This document shows, piece after piece, positions 39,739-53,700 of a stretch of 64,000 bases of DNA. The DNA lies in the NCBI RefSeq assembly GCF_963921235.1, contig NC_086118.1, forward strand, positions 28,708,001-28,772,000, written 5' to 3'. Position numbers and translations under genes: made by a program. Below the pieces are notes generated by a model. That model ran no database searches, was not told the origin of the DNA, and saw only the letters and a list, made by a program, of their open reading frames with translations. How positions within the stretch are numbered: the first letter of the stretch is position 1; each line of letters starts with the position of its first letter. This DNA comes from Mobula hypostoma. Its lineage: Eukaryota.

Positions 39739-40315
39739 CCTCGGGTCAAGAATGATGAGTTTGAAGAAGGACATAAAGATACAGAAGGTGCTGGTGTGGA
39801 GGGCTATGAACGACATGAAGGAAATCTGGAAGTTGGACCTGACCAGAGGGCTTAAAAAAAGGATTTTCATAGCAGCCATAGAGTCCATTCTCACATACGG
39901 ATGTGAGACGTGGACTCTCACCAAGATGATGCGAAAGTCTCTAGATGGTTGCTATACACGAATGCTCCGGATGGCTCTTGACGTGAGCTGGCAACAGCAC
40001 TTGACAAACGTTGAGCTCTATAACAACCTACCGACGCTCTCCACTAAAATCGAGGTGAAAAGACTGCAACTAGCGGGGCACTCTCTACGCCAACCTGAGC
40101 TACCTGCCAGCCTAGTCATCATATGGGAGCCCAAGCACGGGAGGATGAACCCTGGGCGCCCTCCCAAGACTATGGTCAACACACTCCTAGAAGACAGCAG
40201 CGTGGCTAATGTAAATGAACTGAACACACTGATGAGGGAGAGGGAGAAGTGGAGAGTCCGTCATTGTGCCCGACGCCGGCCCCCTAGGCCTGAGTCGACG
40301 TAGTAGTAGTAGTAG
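39739..40315 (+). mobile_element. 5'-truncated RTE-clade LINE with open frame and (TAG)5 tail, nested in a minus-strand CR1 3' end (~39582-40522)
   Basis: 'YLGS..ESILTYGCETWTLTK..LDGCYTRMLR..RLQLAGH..GRPPKT'; TSD ttcttatatgta (39727-39738) / ttcttacatgta (40316-40327). Confidence 0.9.
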
Positions 40316-41076
40316 TTCTTACATGTAACCAATGCACCTGCCTCTATACCACCCCCGGTAGGGCATTTCACGCATCTACCGTTCTCTGTGTAAAAAATAC
40401 TTCTGACATACCCCACTATACTTTCTTCCAATCCCTTTAAAATTATATCCCCTTGTATTAGATGTTTCCACCCTGGGAAAAAGTCTCTGGTTATCTGCAC
40501 AATCTATGCCTCATCATCTTGTACACAAATTTTTCTTCTGTCACTATCAGGGAGGTCCCTTCCAGCGGTCTGCCTACAGCCTTGTTCAGTTTGTTCTCCT
40601 TTTCATCACTTGCTTTCTTTTGGACTTTGCTGTCAGCTGTGGAACCTTCCTATTGATATTGATTAATTTTGGCAACAGGCCGCCCATCTCAGTGATTTGT
40701 CAAATAATATACTGAGAGTAACTGATCTTGATTTTACAGATAAAATGTAAACCGTTCAAGCACTCTGGAATGGTTTCCATGTACAGACTTCATCTTATAA
40801 AGTGCAGGTTTCAAAATGATCAGTTTATAATCGGATTCCTGACAAGAATGAAGCTGGTTACAATCAATCTGTACCCTCCCAGTGTAAAAGGAAATTGAAT
40901 ATAAATAAAACAAGGGTGACGTCTAATTTTAAAATAAAATGATCTTGGGGAAAGAAAAATGGGAAGTTAACTGTGTAGTAAGCAGTAAGATGAGGAAAAA
41001 ATATATAAAGGAGAAATCATGCTGGATAGAATAGAGAAATTTGAAGATTGAGTGTGTTTCTGGCCACCACTCTATA

Positions 41077-41255
41077 GGCCAGTGGCATAGTAGCATCAAC
41101 ACTGGACCTTGGTCCCAGGTTTGAATCCGGCTGCCCTCCTTCTGGTGCTGGGTTCAGCGTCAAAACTCGGCCTCTGTAAAAAAAACAGGTAAGTGTTAGG
41201 GAAACGGCAAAAATGCCACTCAAAGTGTCACAAGATGCAAAAAGGAACAACAACA
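41077..41255 (+). mobile_element. Short tRNA-derived SINE with (AAC)n tail, nested in an old CR1 (~41050-41715)
   Basis: A box tggcatagtag, B-box-like ggtttgaatcc; ctatagg repeated at 41072-41078 and 41256-41262. Confidence 0.6.
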
Positions 41256-42567
41256 CTATAGGAAGGATGTGATTCAGCTGGAAAAGGTGCAGAAAATGCT
41301 CTCAAGGATGAAACGTAGATTGGAGGAATTGAGTTATCAGGAGAGATTGGATAGGCTGGGTCTGCGTTTCCCGGACTGAAGGAGACTGAGAGGTGACATG
41401 ATATACAATATTTATACAAACTAGGATAAATATCCAGTGTCTGATTCCTTTAGCAGGGGTGGCTAAAACTAGAGTGAAAGAGCAGAGTTTTAAAGTGGGT
41501 GTGAGGGATTTTTTTTTGTTTTTGCACAAAGATTAATTGGTATTCAGAATGAGCTGCCAGAGGAGGTGGTGCAGGCAGGAGCCGTGATTCTTAAGGCATA
41601 TCTGGACAGGTATTTGAATAAGTAGAGGAATTTGAAAATAATGCAAGCAAGTAGGATTATTATCAACAGGCAGGGCACAGTCTGCCAAAGGGCCTGTTTC
41701 CAGGCTACGCAACTCTATTAAAACAAACAAACAGCATGGCAGCAAAGATCAGGCAATCTGATTTGTATTTGCAATCTGATCTGTATGTGGATGTTTGTTA
41801 AAGGGAAGTGACCTCCTCACAACCCGTGAACAGTCATGTTTTACAGAATATGAATCCATTCACTCTTTGCTATAATGGCATTTCTTCCACAAGCAATAGA
41901 GCAGTTTGTCCTCCTGAAACCTATCAGTTAAATTCTCTTCAATGAGGCAACCTTGTGAAATGAAGCACAACATGAAAAGATAGACAAATGAGTCATTATT
42001 ATTTCTTCCCTCAACATTGATTCAAATTTCAATCTCTTAAAAATTACCACCCCAGGGAGAGATGCTTTTTATAGGAATATCTCTCTAGTCCGTCAACTCT
42101 AACTTACTCCATCACTTCCCAGCAGGAAAGGCTTAAAAAGTGGCCTTTCAAGAACAGGCCCCTCAATTATCATACAACGGAACATGGGGAAAAATGTGAT
42201 CTTAATATCGCTGTGCCTAGAACCCCTTTAAAATCTGAGACGTCTGCTAAATGGAAACTTGTGGAGGTGTGCCGCTATAGTTTACATGCCATCTGCCAGG
42301 CACTGACCATCACAGAGTTGGCCTTGCAGAATGGCAACATGAGCAAAACACATTCCTGGCCTCAGAACAGGGTCTTTTGGTGGAAAAATCTGGGGAAAAT
42401 GCTTTCTTTTTCTTTTGCTAATTGCAGTCAAATTCTGGAAAAAGAAGCATGCATAAATGTGTTTATAAATTTGGCATAATGTGACATGCCAACGATCTGT
42501 GGAAGGGGCTTCACCTTTTCCAATATTTGTAATTGACTTGGATGAAAGTAGTGCAGGCATTATTATA

Positions 42568-42870
42568 GGCATCCGTTAGTCTCATGAGACCATGGATTTG
42601 CACCTTGGAAGGTTTCCAGGGCACAGGCCTGGGCAAGGTTGTATGGAAGACTGGCAGCTGCCCATGCTGCAAGTCTACCCTCTCCATGCCACCGATGTTG
42701 TGCAAGGGAAGGGTATTAGGACCCATACAGCTTGGCACCAGCATTGTCGCAGAGCAATGTGTGGTTAAATGCCTTGCTCAAGGACACATGCGCTGCCTCA
42801 GCCAAGGCTCGAACTAGCGACCTTCAGATCGCTAGACGAATGCCTTAACCACTTGGCCATGTGCCAGCAC
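42568..42870 (-). mobile_element. tRNA-derived SINE, same family as 1617-1941, inserted in an old CR1 RT
   Basis: Reverse-complement homology over ~300 bp; host resumes with 'ITVFADDT'. Confidence 0.85.
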
Positions 42871-43332
42871 AACATCACTGTATTTGCTGATGACACAACA
42901 ATATGCAGGGAAGTCAGTTCTGAAGAGGACATGAAAAAACTACCAAGCAATGAGAATAGATTAAGGGAGCAGGCAAAAATTTTGCAAGTGATGTATAATA
43001 TGGAAGATGTGAAATCACCCACTTTGGCAGTGAAAGAAAAAGCATATCATGTAAATGGTGAGAGACTACAGAGCTCCGAGATGCGGAAGGAATTGTGTGC
43101 CCTTATGCATGATTCACCAAAGGTTACTGTGTGGGTAGAACAACTAATTATGGAATTTAACGAAATATTGTTGTTTATGCTGAATAACTTGAATACAAAA
43201 ATAGGGAGGTTGTGCATTTATAGGGAATTGTGAGACCACAACTGGAGTGGAGGTCTCCTTATTTAAGGAAGGTTACGAATGTGTTGTAAGCAGTTCAGAG
43301 AAGGTTTATGAGAGGGATATCTTGAATGGCGA

Positions 43333-43850
43333 AGTTCAAAGTAAACTTATTATCAAAAATGGATACGTCAGCATATACCACCCTGAGATTCATTTTCAGC
43401 AGCTATTCACAGTGGAACAAAGAAATGGAATAACAGCAATGAAAAATGACACAAAAACAAAGAGTGATAAGCCACCAAATTGGAAAAGAAGACGAACTGT
43501 GCAAATTCAATAAAAAAGCTATAATAATAAAATAAATAATTACACAAAGAAACAAATGAATAATACTGAGAATATGAGTGGTAAATTCCTTGAAAGTGAG
43601 ACTAAACATTGTGTTCAGTGATCAGTTCGGAGTTGGGGTGGGTGAAGTTTTCCACGCTGGTTCAGCAGCCTGATGGATGAAGGACAATAAAAGTTCCTGA
43701 ACCCGGTGGTGTAGGACCTAAGGCTCCTTACCTCCTTCCTGATGGCAGCAGCAAGAAGAAACCATGTTCTAGATGGTGGGATTTTGATGATGGATGCTGC
43801 TTTCTTGTGGCAGTGCTCGTCATAGATCTGCCCAATGGTGGGATGGGCCA
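43333..43850 (-). mobile_element. Rex1/Babar LINE 3' end
   Basis: Homologous to 31950-32330 (aagttcaaagtaaacttattatcaaa; ccctgagattcatttt; tccttgaaagtgag). Confidence 0.7.
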
Positions 43851-46800
43851 GGCTGTATCTACCTGGACAGCTTATCTTGTGAACAAATGTTACACAAGCA
43901 AAACTTGTATCTTCTAGAGTTTAAAAGACTGAAAAGGAACTGGTTTAAAACAGGTGAGATCTTGTGGGGTCTTGGCTGATTAGATGTGGTGAGGATCTTT
44001 CCAAGATGTTTAAAAAAATCTCCACCGAGACGGTTCCAGAGGTTAGGATTTAAATCGATTTGCTGGAGCTGCCAGGCAGTAGCTCTGCGAGGTGTATTAC
44101 TGTCCCCTCATTCCAGAGTACTGCCTTTAATAATCAAAGGTGCTCAGATAGTACTTCATAAATTAGTGAGATAAGTAGGTTTATGTATGCCGAATATACT
44201 TTACCCTTCTGAGAGAAGTGTTTTATTTCTATTAGACGCAAATTCAACAAAGCTGAGTGTAAAGGTTCAATCTGCAATAATGACTTTCACACCAGAGGAT
44301 TATGAGGAAGCTCTCGCATGTTGTTTTACTAAAGCTGTAACCACATAAACACTGCATCCAGCCAAGTCTCCATTTTTAGGGCAGAAGGTGCAAAAGAAGA
44401 AAATCAAATGATTGTTTTGGGGTGCACACACAGGAAGTTTGCATATTTTGTTTTGAATAATTAGCCAGAATGCTATAGAAGCTTATAAAAACTGCCCTGT
44501 TTAGCAAATAGAATAATCTATTTTTAGGTTTAAAACAGAACAGAAAGATTTGTTGATTACCTCACAGTGACAGAGCAATAAGGATTCTACTTCAAGGACC
44601 AGAGGGCAATCTTGAACCATAGAATTCATTTATCAATGCATCCATTATAGAAATGCAAGTATCAACATCTTCTGAAGAAAACAGTTTATTGGAAAAAGAA
44701 ATGGTATCAGTTATCTACATGGATTTTAAATACATATATTAAAATAAAGCTTCATTTATTGATGATATGTGGGTTTCATTGGCTAAGGCAGCAATTTTGA
44801 TCCATCTTTAAGATACTGTCTCTCAACATGCAGTAAAGCAGTTCCCACAATGTAGTTAAATAAGATATTTCAGGAATTTGACACAGTGGTGATGAAATAA
44901 AATCAGTGTATTATTAAATCAAGATGAAGCAAGCCAGTGAGAGAGCCTGCAGGTAGTGATGTTCTTTATATACCTGTTGGTCATGCCTCTGTGTGAAGCC
45001 CGTGAAGTTAGGACATGCAGTTAAAGCAGCTGGGGCAAAAGTAGCCAATATAATCAAGCACCCTACCCACACCAATCATTTCCTTTTCTCGCCCTTCCCA
45101 CCAGGCATAAGATATCCGGCCTGAGATTGTAACCAGGCAGTAGGAGAAGGTTGGGACTGGGACATTGTTCAGAAAAAATCCTGCAGTGATGTCATGGAGA
45201 TGAGTTGCCTTTGACAACCACACCATCAACCTTCATGCTAGAAATGATTGCATTCTATGGAGAGTTCCTCATCCTCCCCACCAATGCCCATTAACCAATT
45301 TTACTAATAATCCCTCGTTGTCAGCTACCTTTTAATCTTCATATTCATATTGGTTTTTCATGGAAAGGCCATGTTGTATTAATCAATGATAATTGCCTTT
45401 GCGATACTAATAAAGAGTCTTCCTGATAGACGCTGTCCTTGTGAGACTGTTCCCATTTAGACCCACCTAAATTTCGTGAATAGCATTATAGTTCCAGGTT
45501 GCAATGGTGGAGATTACATGAAATTACATGAAAATTACATGAGATTCCATGAAAATGGTGGAGATTCCAAACACCGGCTGCCCTTGGTGTTAATGGGAGG
45601 AGTTCCTGTTCGGGAAGTGTTATTAGTAGTATGTGCAAGCAACTACAGTACATTTTGAAGATAGTACATATTGCAGCCACTGCGGAGGGAGTGGATGTTT
45701 AGGGTGGTAGAAGATGTTTGAGATAGATTCAGCCTTACTGAGTATTATTGGAGCTGTCGTCATCCAACTGAGCAGGAAGTATCCCAATACTTGTGTCCTG
45801 TAGATGTTAGTGGAGTTAGCAGATGGATCGCTCACTGCAAGATATATAGTCGCCATGACATTCATATGGCTGGACCAATTGAGTTTGTAGGTAATGCTAA
45901 TCATATTGAATGTCAGCAGTAAGTGCTTAGGCTATCTCTTGTTGGGGATAGAACTGGCATTTATCTAGGGTGCATGTCATTTGCTGCTTATCAGCTCATT
46001 CTGAATGCAGGCAGGGCCTAGTTCACTTCTTGAGCAGTAACGAATGGAAGTAAATCTAGGCAATTTTACACCTATATTGAGTAGATACTAAGTAGTATCT
46101 AGACCTGAAGCAGACGCAGTTCTATGACATTTGATCTAGAACACTTCTCACTGCTCTTAAGGTAGCTATTGAATTTATCTTCTTCCCTGTTAAATGCTAT
46201 TTGAAAAGTGCATTGAATGTAGTAGGGGGATAATGAATAGGTTCTAGGTAAGGGTTTCAATGTGCAATCGATGGATAACCATCTCCACCAGACTAGGCTG
46301 CAATTGGGCTGGGAGGACCAAAGATAAGAAGAAAGAAGATGTTTGCAGATGTTTTAGCATGTTCTTTAGCATTCATGTGCCTGGGCTCTGCTGCAAAACT
46401 GGAATGTTCATAGAGTCATCTCCTCTAGATCACAACTTACTGCTTAAGCAGAGCTTTGGTTTGTTGGTAATTGGAGCACTAAGCTCTGACTGTTGGTGCT
46501 GCTCATACTCATTAATATATTTAACATGTATAAAGCCCTGAGTGATAGCTTTAGCAGGTTAGCACCTTAATTCCAGAGACTACAATTCTGCCACTGGCAT
46601 GTAGTATTTTACGCTTCTCATTCAATCAGAGCTGATCTCCTGGATTGAGAATAATGGTTCTTTAAGGGGTGCGCAGCGTCAGGAGGTTGAAAGTTGTGAT
46701 TTGAGTTCACCTGCTTCAAAGTACGACATGAATGAATGATTTGGGATGTTAGAGTTGTTCAGAATTTAACATATTAGTTAGTGCTACCACGCTGGAAAAT

Positions 46801-48044
46801 TTCTACAGCATGAAGCTGTGGGGAAGTTACTCCCTACCTAAAACTACATCTGCACCTTGTAGATTGGGAAGCATGAAATCAAGTTTGTTTTCTCTGTCCA
46901 TGTTTCAGGGTTATTCTAATAACCATGGCCTTTGAGAATCAGTAGTTGCTGGTACTATCAAGATAATCTCTGCGGTGCACATGGAGTCCATTAACCAGAC
47001 ATTGGTGGTTTCGTGATCACCTTTACCAATCTTATATTTTTTCACTCCAGCCTTTGGCCATGAGCTCTCTGTCTGTATTCAGGCCATGACCACACTAAAT
47101 CTTGTGCTATGTAGCTGGCGTTGCTGCTACAGCCCTTGCACCGTCCACAGACGACCAGACGCATTAACACAAATAACTTACAACTATCAAAAAATTGGAT
47201 TACACAAACACAAAACCGCTGATAATGAATTAAAATCATAAACCTTCATTGAAATGAAGATGAGCAATGAAACAAGAGAATTCAGGTTGTTGGAAACAGC
47301 TGCAAGAACATAACTATTTGTAGTCCACAAATTGTTTTCTTTGGGCTCACTGTTTGCACATTGTTTTAATGCTGATATCCTATTTGAAATTAATCTGATC
47401 ATATTGGTTATTTAAATATGTAAATATCTTACAGCTTCTGGCTAATACACTGTAAACTTTGTCCAGCTGTAATTCTATTACATCTGACCAGAATAGTGTA
47501 CGTACTGTATGTGGACAAGACTAATCCTTCCCCTGTCAAACTAATACAGTGTGGGAATAATACTTACAAGGAGCAATACCTTAAAGAAACACCCAACATG
47601 GCGCATTGACATATGCTATTTATGTCCGTTGATGTAAATACTGTGGTTATCAGAGCCACGATAAAATCTAAAATATCTACTTATCTAAGCAATACATTTT
47701 TAAAAACGTTAAGCATAAATCTATCTATTATTTGCTGTGGGTCTGCTGCCATAATCACAATAAAATTTGGAGAGAACTTTTCATTGTATACCCTTGTCAC
47801 CTCAATACCGCAACTGATAGAAATCTTGACACCAACGTCAGTAATTCCCAGAATTAACCATTGGGAATATTGCTTAGTGTAATGGATGCAGTTGGTGAAA
47901 TCTGATCAGCATTTGATGGGGATCAATTAACAACTTGTTTGTCCAGTGGTTCCACATCTGTGCCACCTTTGCAGCGTGTGTTAGACTAGGAATCATAATC
48001 ATTGCAATGTGTGCTGCTTTAATTTCTCTTGTTTGTTCTTGCAG

Positions 48045-48107
48045 TGAGGAAATCTTCATTCACTCCAAACTACTTGCAACAGACCAGTCTGGAAATGGCA
48101 ACTGAAG
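48045..48107 (+). CDS. Candidate 63-nt internal exon of an unidentified host gene, frame (x)RKSSFTPNYLQQTSLEMATE
   Basis: Polypyrimidine tract tttctcttgtttgttcttgcag| acceptor and AAG|GTGAGT donor; length divisible by 3; one open frame (phase 1-1); lies in a repeat-poor region. Could instead be a 5'UTR or start-codon exon (ATG at 48095). Confidence 0.6.
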
Positions 48108-50519
48108 GTGAGTCTACGACAGCATAGCTAAACTAACCAAGGTGAGTTCTGATACTCCTTTGTCTGATCATTATTAGAGATGTCTTTTAAATCAAACAAT
48201 ACTTCACAGGTAAATGTTATGTAAAAAAATAAGAATTTTCAATGTATATTTTACTTGCATATGGTACAGTTTCCTATACAGTTTACTTAAATATCTGGTT
48301 ATATTGCTAGTTATAATAAATAATTGAACATGCACACAGTTTTTATAAGTTTAATTTACATGATGGTTACAGTTCATATCAAGTCATTTTTAGATTAGTA
48401 CCATTTCCTAGAGCCTCACCATAGCATTTTGACATTGTTGCTTGAATATAGAATTGCCAGTCGGTTCATCTAAGGGTTAAAGTAGCATCCAAAATCATGA
48501 GATATAAATTATGCATTATATATGTATTGACTTAATAAGTTTATTATCCTACTATGTGCAGGGTTTCTTGCTGGGGACTGTCTTTGTTAGTGATTGGGTG
48601 CAAAAACTTTGCTGCCATCTTTGAGGAAGCTAAGCACTGAGAAGATTTATACAAAGTTTAAGGAAAGTCAGCATTTGATCCATATCATAACAGCTTTATG
48701 TAAAAGACTTTGAGGATACATTCCTGAAAAGCAAAAGGGGTGTGTTTGTGCTTATGTCATAATTTGTTCAAATTCACAAATCAGAATAATTACTTTGTAA
48801 AATATAATTATTATATAATGATGTAAGGTGAGCAGCATACTTTGCTAATATTGACTGTGTAGAATGTATTGAATGGTGTCGATATTAGGGCAATGTAAAA
48901 TATAGTGGGGACAATTTGAAATTTATCATTGAGGAATTCAATCAATTCAATAAGTTTCTTATACATAAATTTATGTTTATGTGTGGGGAACATTAAATGA
49001 CATTTTAAGCTCACTATACACAAGAATATTGCCAAAATATTTTGTTTCCTTTGCCAGACACTTGAGAATATTTGATGTTATACTTTGATCCAGGAATATC
49101 CCACAAATAAAATATATTGCATTTGTGTAGCTAAATATTTAATATTAACTGATTCAAAGAATTCTGCAATGTAGTGACATTAGGAAGTGTGTTATTTAAG
49201 CAGCAAAAAGAAAAAAAACCTGTCTGATTCAGAAAATAAGTCCAAGTTAATTGCAAGATACGCCATCAGAAAACAATCATTTTACTGTTCAAGAGATTGG
49301 AGATGACTGCAAAAGAAAAGTTAGTGAAATAATGGTCTCTGTTTGGTTTTGGGAAATATTAGTTGAATTTTTCAGTCACTTGCATTTCAGAAAGAGAGTA
49401 AATTTAAAAATAGCTGCTTTACTGCTATCTGTCAAATTGCCAACACATATTATGAATTCAGTAACGAACTGACAAAATACCAAACTGCAAAGTGATGCAA
49501 ATTGTTTCATATTTATTAGTTTTCTGTTTAATCACCATCTAATTTGTGCTTTTCTTCATTTTGGAATTAGACAATTCTTTACGAATGAAGTATTTAATAT
49601 GTTTCCTCCAAGTATAAACCTTTTTACAATATAGTACTGATTTAATTATGGCATGATTGTGTTTTGCTCAGATTTTTTAAGTGCCTCATATCTATAATTT
49701 ATTGCATATAATTGAGATTGTAATTTGAATGAAAATTGATCTATTTTATCTTTAACAGCTTTGAGATCACTGTGTTCTTAAGCTCGTTTACCACCTTCCA
49801 ATAATGATGCCATTGAGATAATTATCAAATTAGTGCTAACATACATATCCATGTTTGTAATTTAATTTAAGAAAAAGTAGCTTTGTATTGTTTGCATTAA
49901 CGATCTTTTATTGCTTAGCGTTATACTGTTTATAAAATGGCTGCTGCATCCCTCCTCATTTCTATCTTGACAGAATGAGACAGATGGCATCATGTCTCAT
50001 TTCGCTATGTGCACAATCATTAACAGTATCTGCTTGCCTTTAGGTTAGGCACATAGGATTGCCAGGTTTGTACTGTAACTTCCAGTGGGAGAAACAAAAG
50101 AGTCCCCTCTCATTCATTTACAAAGTGGTGCTTTGTAGCTTCATACGATTAATTAACATACTACTCAGCGCAGTACAAGGCTGACATAGTTCAGGTGCAC
50201 AAATATGCTGCAGTATGGAACGGAATACGCACAAACATTTTTTCACAGAAGCATAATTCGTCACTGCTGGGAGTAATCAATTCTCAAACGTAAATAAGGC
50301 GATTGCTAATTTGCAAGTAAACAACCGTTTCGTAGCAAAGTTAGGCAAATTTCCAACGCTCATAGCGGGAAACTGGATTTCCTTCAAAATAGTCCCGTTG
50401 GTAACAAAAAGCTTAAAGAGGCACAGTCTGACCTATTATGCACAGAATTAAAACCGTGTTGAAATGGCCAGCATCGTTAGTATTTTCGCAAGTGTGTTTC
50501 ATCGAATATTTTGATGGTG

Positions 50520-50772
50520 TGAAGTAGGGATGTGTGCTGTAGCTGCGTCAGCCTGTTTGAGTGTGATGTATTCATTTTGCAGTTGGCTGTTGCAGCCTGT
50601 ATTGCAGAGCTTATGACCTGCTTTCACATGCAGCAGATTCTCCCATAAATTCTGATTCATATCCAGCAGCTGAATCCTGGGTCTTGCTGGATATTTCTTA
50701 TTCGCTTTGTTTCGAATTTGTCGCCTTCAGCTGAATAAACTTCACGAAGCTGATGCCTGGCCGATCTGTGAG
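50520..50772 (+). promoter_or_regulatory. Candidate alternative promoter/first exon (or 42-nt exon 50731-50772)
   Basis: Locally CpG-richer unique sequence; TGCGTCA CRE-like site at 50544-50550; donor GAG|GTAATT after 50772; ATG at 50753 (MPGRSV..); possible acceptor ccttcag| at 50730. Confidence 0.45.
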
Positions 50773-53700
50773 GTAATTTAGCGCTCATTAATTAGTGATG
50801 GTTTCAGAGTGTGCAGGAATTTCAGTCTGGCCTCTCTTTTTTTTTGTTTTTGTTTAGTCCACTTTTTTTTTGTACAGTATTTCGCATCTGTACCACACTT
50901 GGTCATTGCTAAATTCCTTCCCGCGCTGAGAGCAAGTCGAAGATTCAGGAAGAATGCGAAAGTGCGGGCTTCAACAGTCTGCGCGTGCTTTCTCTTGTAA
51001 TTTTCGCACCCTTTGTTAATTGTTTCACCGTTTTGATAGAGACAGTTTTTTTTTGCAGTGTTCAGCTGTTTTCACGTTTTCACCTCAAGGCCCTATGTTT
51101 GGCTATTCAGTCGTGTAGGAGGCACATTGCCAAGTTTGCACAATGAAGAACAGCAGTATGCAGATTTGCCTTGTCTTCATTAATGGCAGCTGTGAAAAAA
51201 ATTGTTCAAGAGCTGATTACTTAGAATAAGACCGTGGGAAAATCGCTGTCTGGTTAACGTATCCTACTGTGTTTGCCATAAGTCTTGCATCCAACATGGC
51301 CGACAAGGTTACCCTCCTCAGATGGTCTCGATACTGCTCTTTAACCAGATTCTGCGCTGAGGATTTTTGACGGTTTAGTATTTGAGATCCATTAAGTAGG
51401 AGCCCGATTGCCTTCTCCATTACAGTACACTGTTGAATAGCTGCACGCCTTAGTGATGCGAGCTGCTGGTGTGCACTCCAGTCGCCTGTTTTGCATGTCT
51501 AATGCGACTGCGCTTAATGACTGTGAGTAATTATGCCAATCAAAGTTTGTCTGGCCTGTGATTTTTTTGAAAGTTAGCCAGTGCCGGGGTTAAGTTGGCA
51601 CAGCAACTGTTGTTAGGGGAGAAGTGAGCCTCTCACAGCAGCAGCCAGCTGAATTGTAATAAGAGAGTTGGCATCATTCCAGATTCCACAGCATTCAGAG
51701 GTATGGTATATTGTGCAGGGGAAGCTGGCTAATTAATCTTCCAGCAGGGAAGAGAGTAGTTCAGACAATTACAAGGCTGAAAGAAAGATTAGAATAGAAA
51801 CAGCCTGCCAGAGGAACATTGAAGATTTCTTATGATAAAACTGGCACGTATAATGTTTTAGTTAGGAATCATGTTGTGCTAATTTAATGTACCAGTTCTG
51901 ATGTGTTTCTGTGTGTTGATAATTTCTATTTTATTATTTTCTATTTGCAGCAATTAAAGAGCCAAACGGACTCTAAACCACGTGTACCATCTTTTAACAC
52001 AGCTTACATGATTAGATTGTTCTATAATTCAATGCAGTTTAATAGAACCACTACAGGGTCTGTAGGTGGTGTTCTTGGTGCATACAGTGTACAATAACTT
52101 GAGCTGCAATATATTCTGGGGAACTTTCTTGTTTAATTAAATAGCAAACACTAACTATAGTTATTACATGATAACTGGGCTTGGTTTATGAGTGCAATTC
52201 TGGAGTTTTACAACATCCTGTGCCTGTACAAAATGAAAGATTTTTTTTGAAGTCTTTTTGTCAAACAATATAATACAGGGGCAATGTGCAGGGAGAAAAT
52301 GAAGCAGACATTCTCATAATGCCTCATTCAATATTTATAATATTTGTTTGAAATGCAGAGATTATCTGTTCTGCTGGCATAAGGCAGCAATAATAAAGTA
52401 GTACAGTGGAAGGAAAGCCTGAATAGAACATTCGTATTTGGGATTTCAATCAGTTTGCCATATGAGGCCCAGTAACATGGACAGTCTGCTCCAAGTACAA
52501 TGGAATGAGTTAATTAGCCTGACTTCAACTTTCAAATATACAAGTACATCAGCCTGATTCTGCAGCATATTTTTATTTAAGTACATTGAACTTACATGTG
52601 GTTAATAATTATCCTGCCAGAAACATTGCCAAAGGTCTGTGCTGTTGTAGAAATTATTTTGCATATGCGGTTATGCCCATTAGTTTTATCCTGAAGGTTT
52701 TTGAAAAATAATATTTGTTGTCAATCAGGCAAGGCTAACCTTTCTGGACCATGATTGTCAGACTGCAGAGGCCCCAGGATTGCTGGCTCCAATGTCAGGA
52801 AGCAATACTTAATTTGGTCTTCTTCTTTTGTAATTACTTTTAATCCTTTTATATTATTGCATCAAACCAACCATGTTGCTTCAGCTTTAGCCATTATTCA
52901 CTTAAGAAATGGTGAGTGCAGACCCACCCTTGTCTCTTTGTCTATAAAAGGAATGAGTGTAAAATTACCATCCTCAGCATGTGCCAGATTAAATGTGCAT
53001 GATGAAATTATTGGTTTTTCCCCTTCTGTATTATGAAGAACCCTATAACATTTTGAAAGTGAACTCTTAAAGTAGATTAAATGATGCTGTGACTGAGAAT
53101 GATTGATTCATGATAAGTAGAAAGTTTATTCAATATTGGAACTGAAAGATCCACAGTGCAAGTTAAATATTTTAGAATATAGATCTGAGGCTATATATTT
53201 TCCACTCAAGAAGTGATCTTCTTTTATTTGTTTAATTTCTTGAAGTGAATATAATTAAAGCAAAATTTAATTCTATGCTGAAGATCAGCGATAATTTCCA
53301 TGAGATGACAGATGCTAATTATAAAAAGAATATGATAAAATGAAATGCAGTAATGAATAAGCAGCACTGCAGGTAGTATTTACATGACGTAGCTATTGTA
53401 CTCAAGAAAATGAATTTATCTTGCTTTGGAAATATTTCTATTTGAGCATGCAAATCTTCAATCGGCCCCTGCATGATTCACAAAGTAAATTTTAAGGCTT
53501 GTGTTGACCTCATAATGTTTGCTTTTCTCTTGTGCTCACAAGAAATTAGCAAACACAATAACAAGGGTCAGTATTGGAATTCCTTCTCATTGCTTAATAG
53601 GTGTGCCAGAATGCCAATTTAGAAGGAGGCAGACTTCATATCATTTTATATCTGACATCCCTGATGTTATCCCAAAATAAGGGTTTGCTCATTTATTCTA

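Noticed and set aside
48095..48107. Assigning a gene name from 'MATE(G)' such as GPHN or GNB5
   Set aside because: The following sequence and exon structure do not match those proteins as I recall them, so no symbol is given.
50659..50694. pre-miRNA
   Set aside because: The stem is only 10-11 bp, too short for a Drosha substrate, and I recognise no mature miRNA.
51925..51950. Additional acceptor-like tracts (also ~58290 and ~17952)
   Set aside because: No convincing paired donor or recognisable coding frame.
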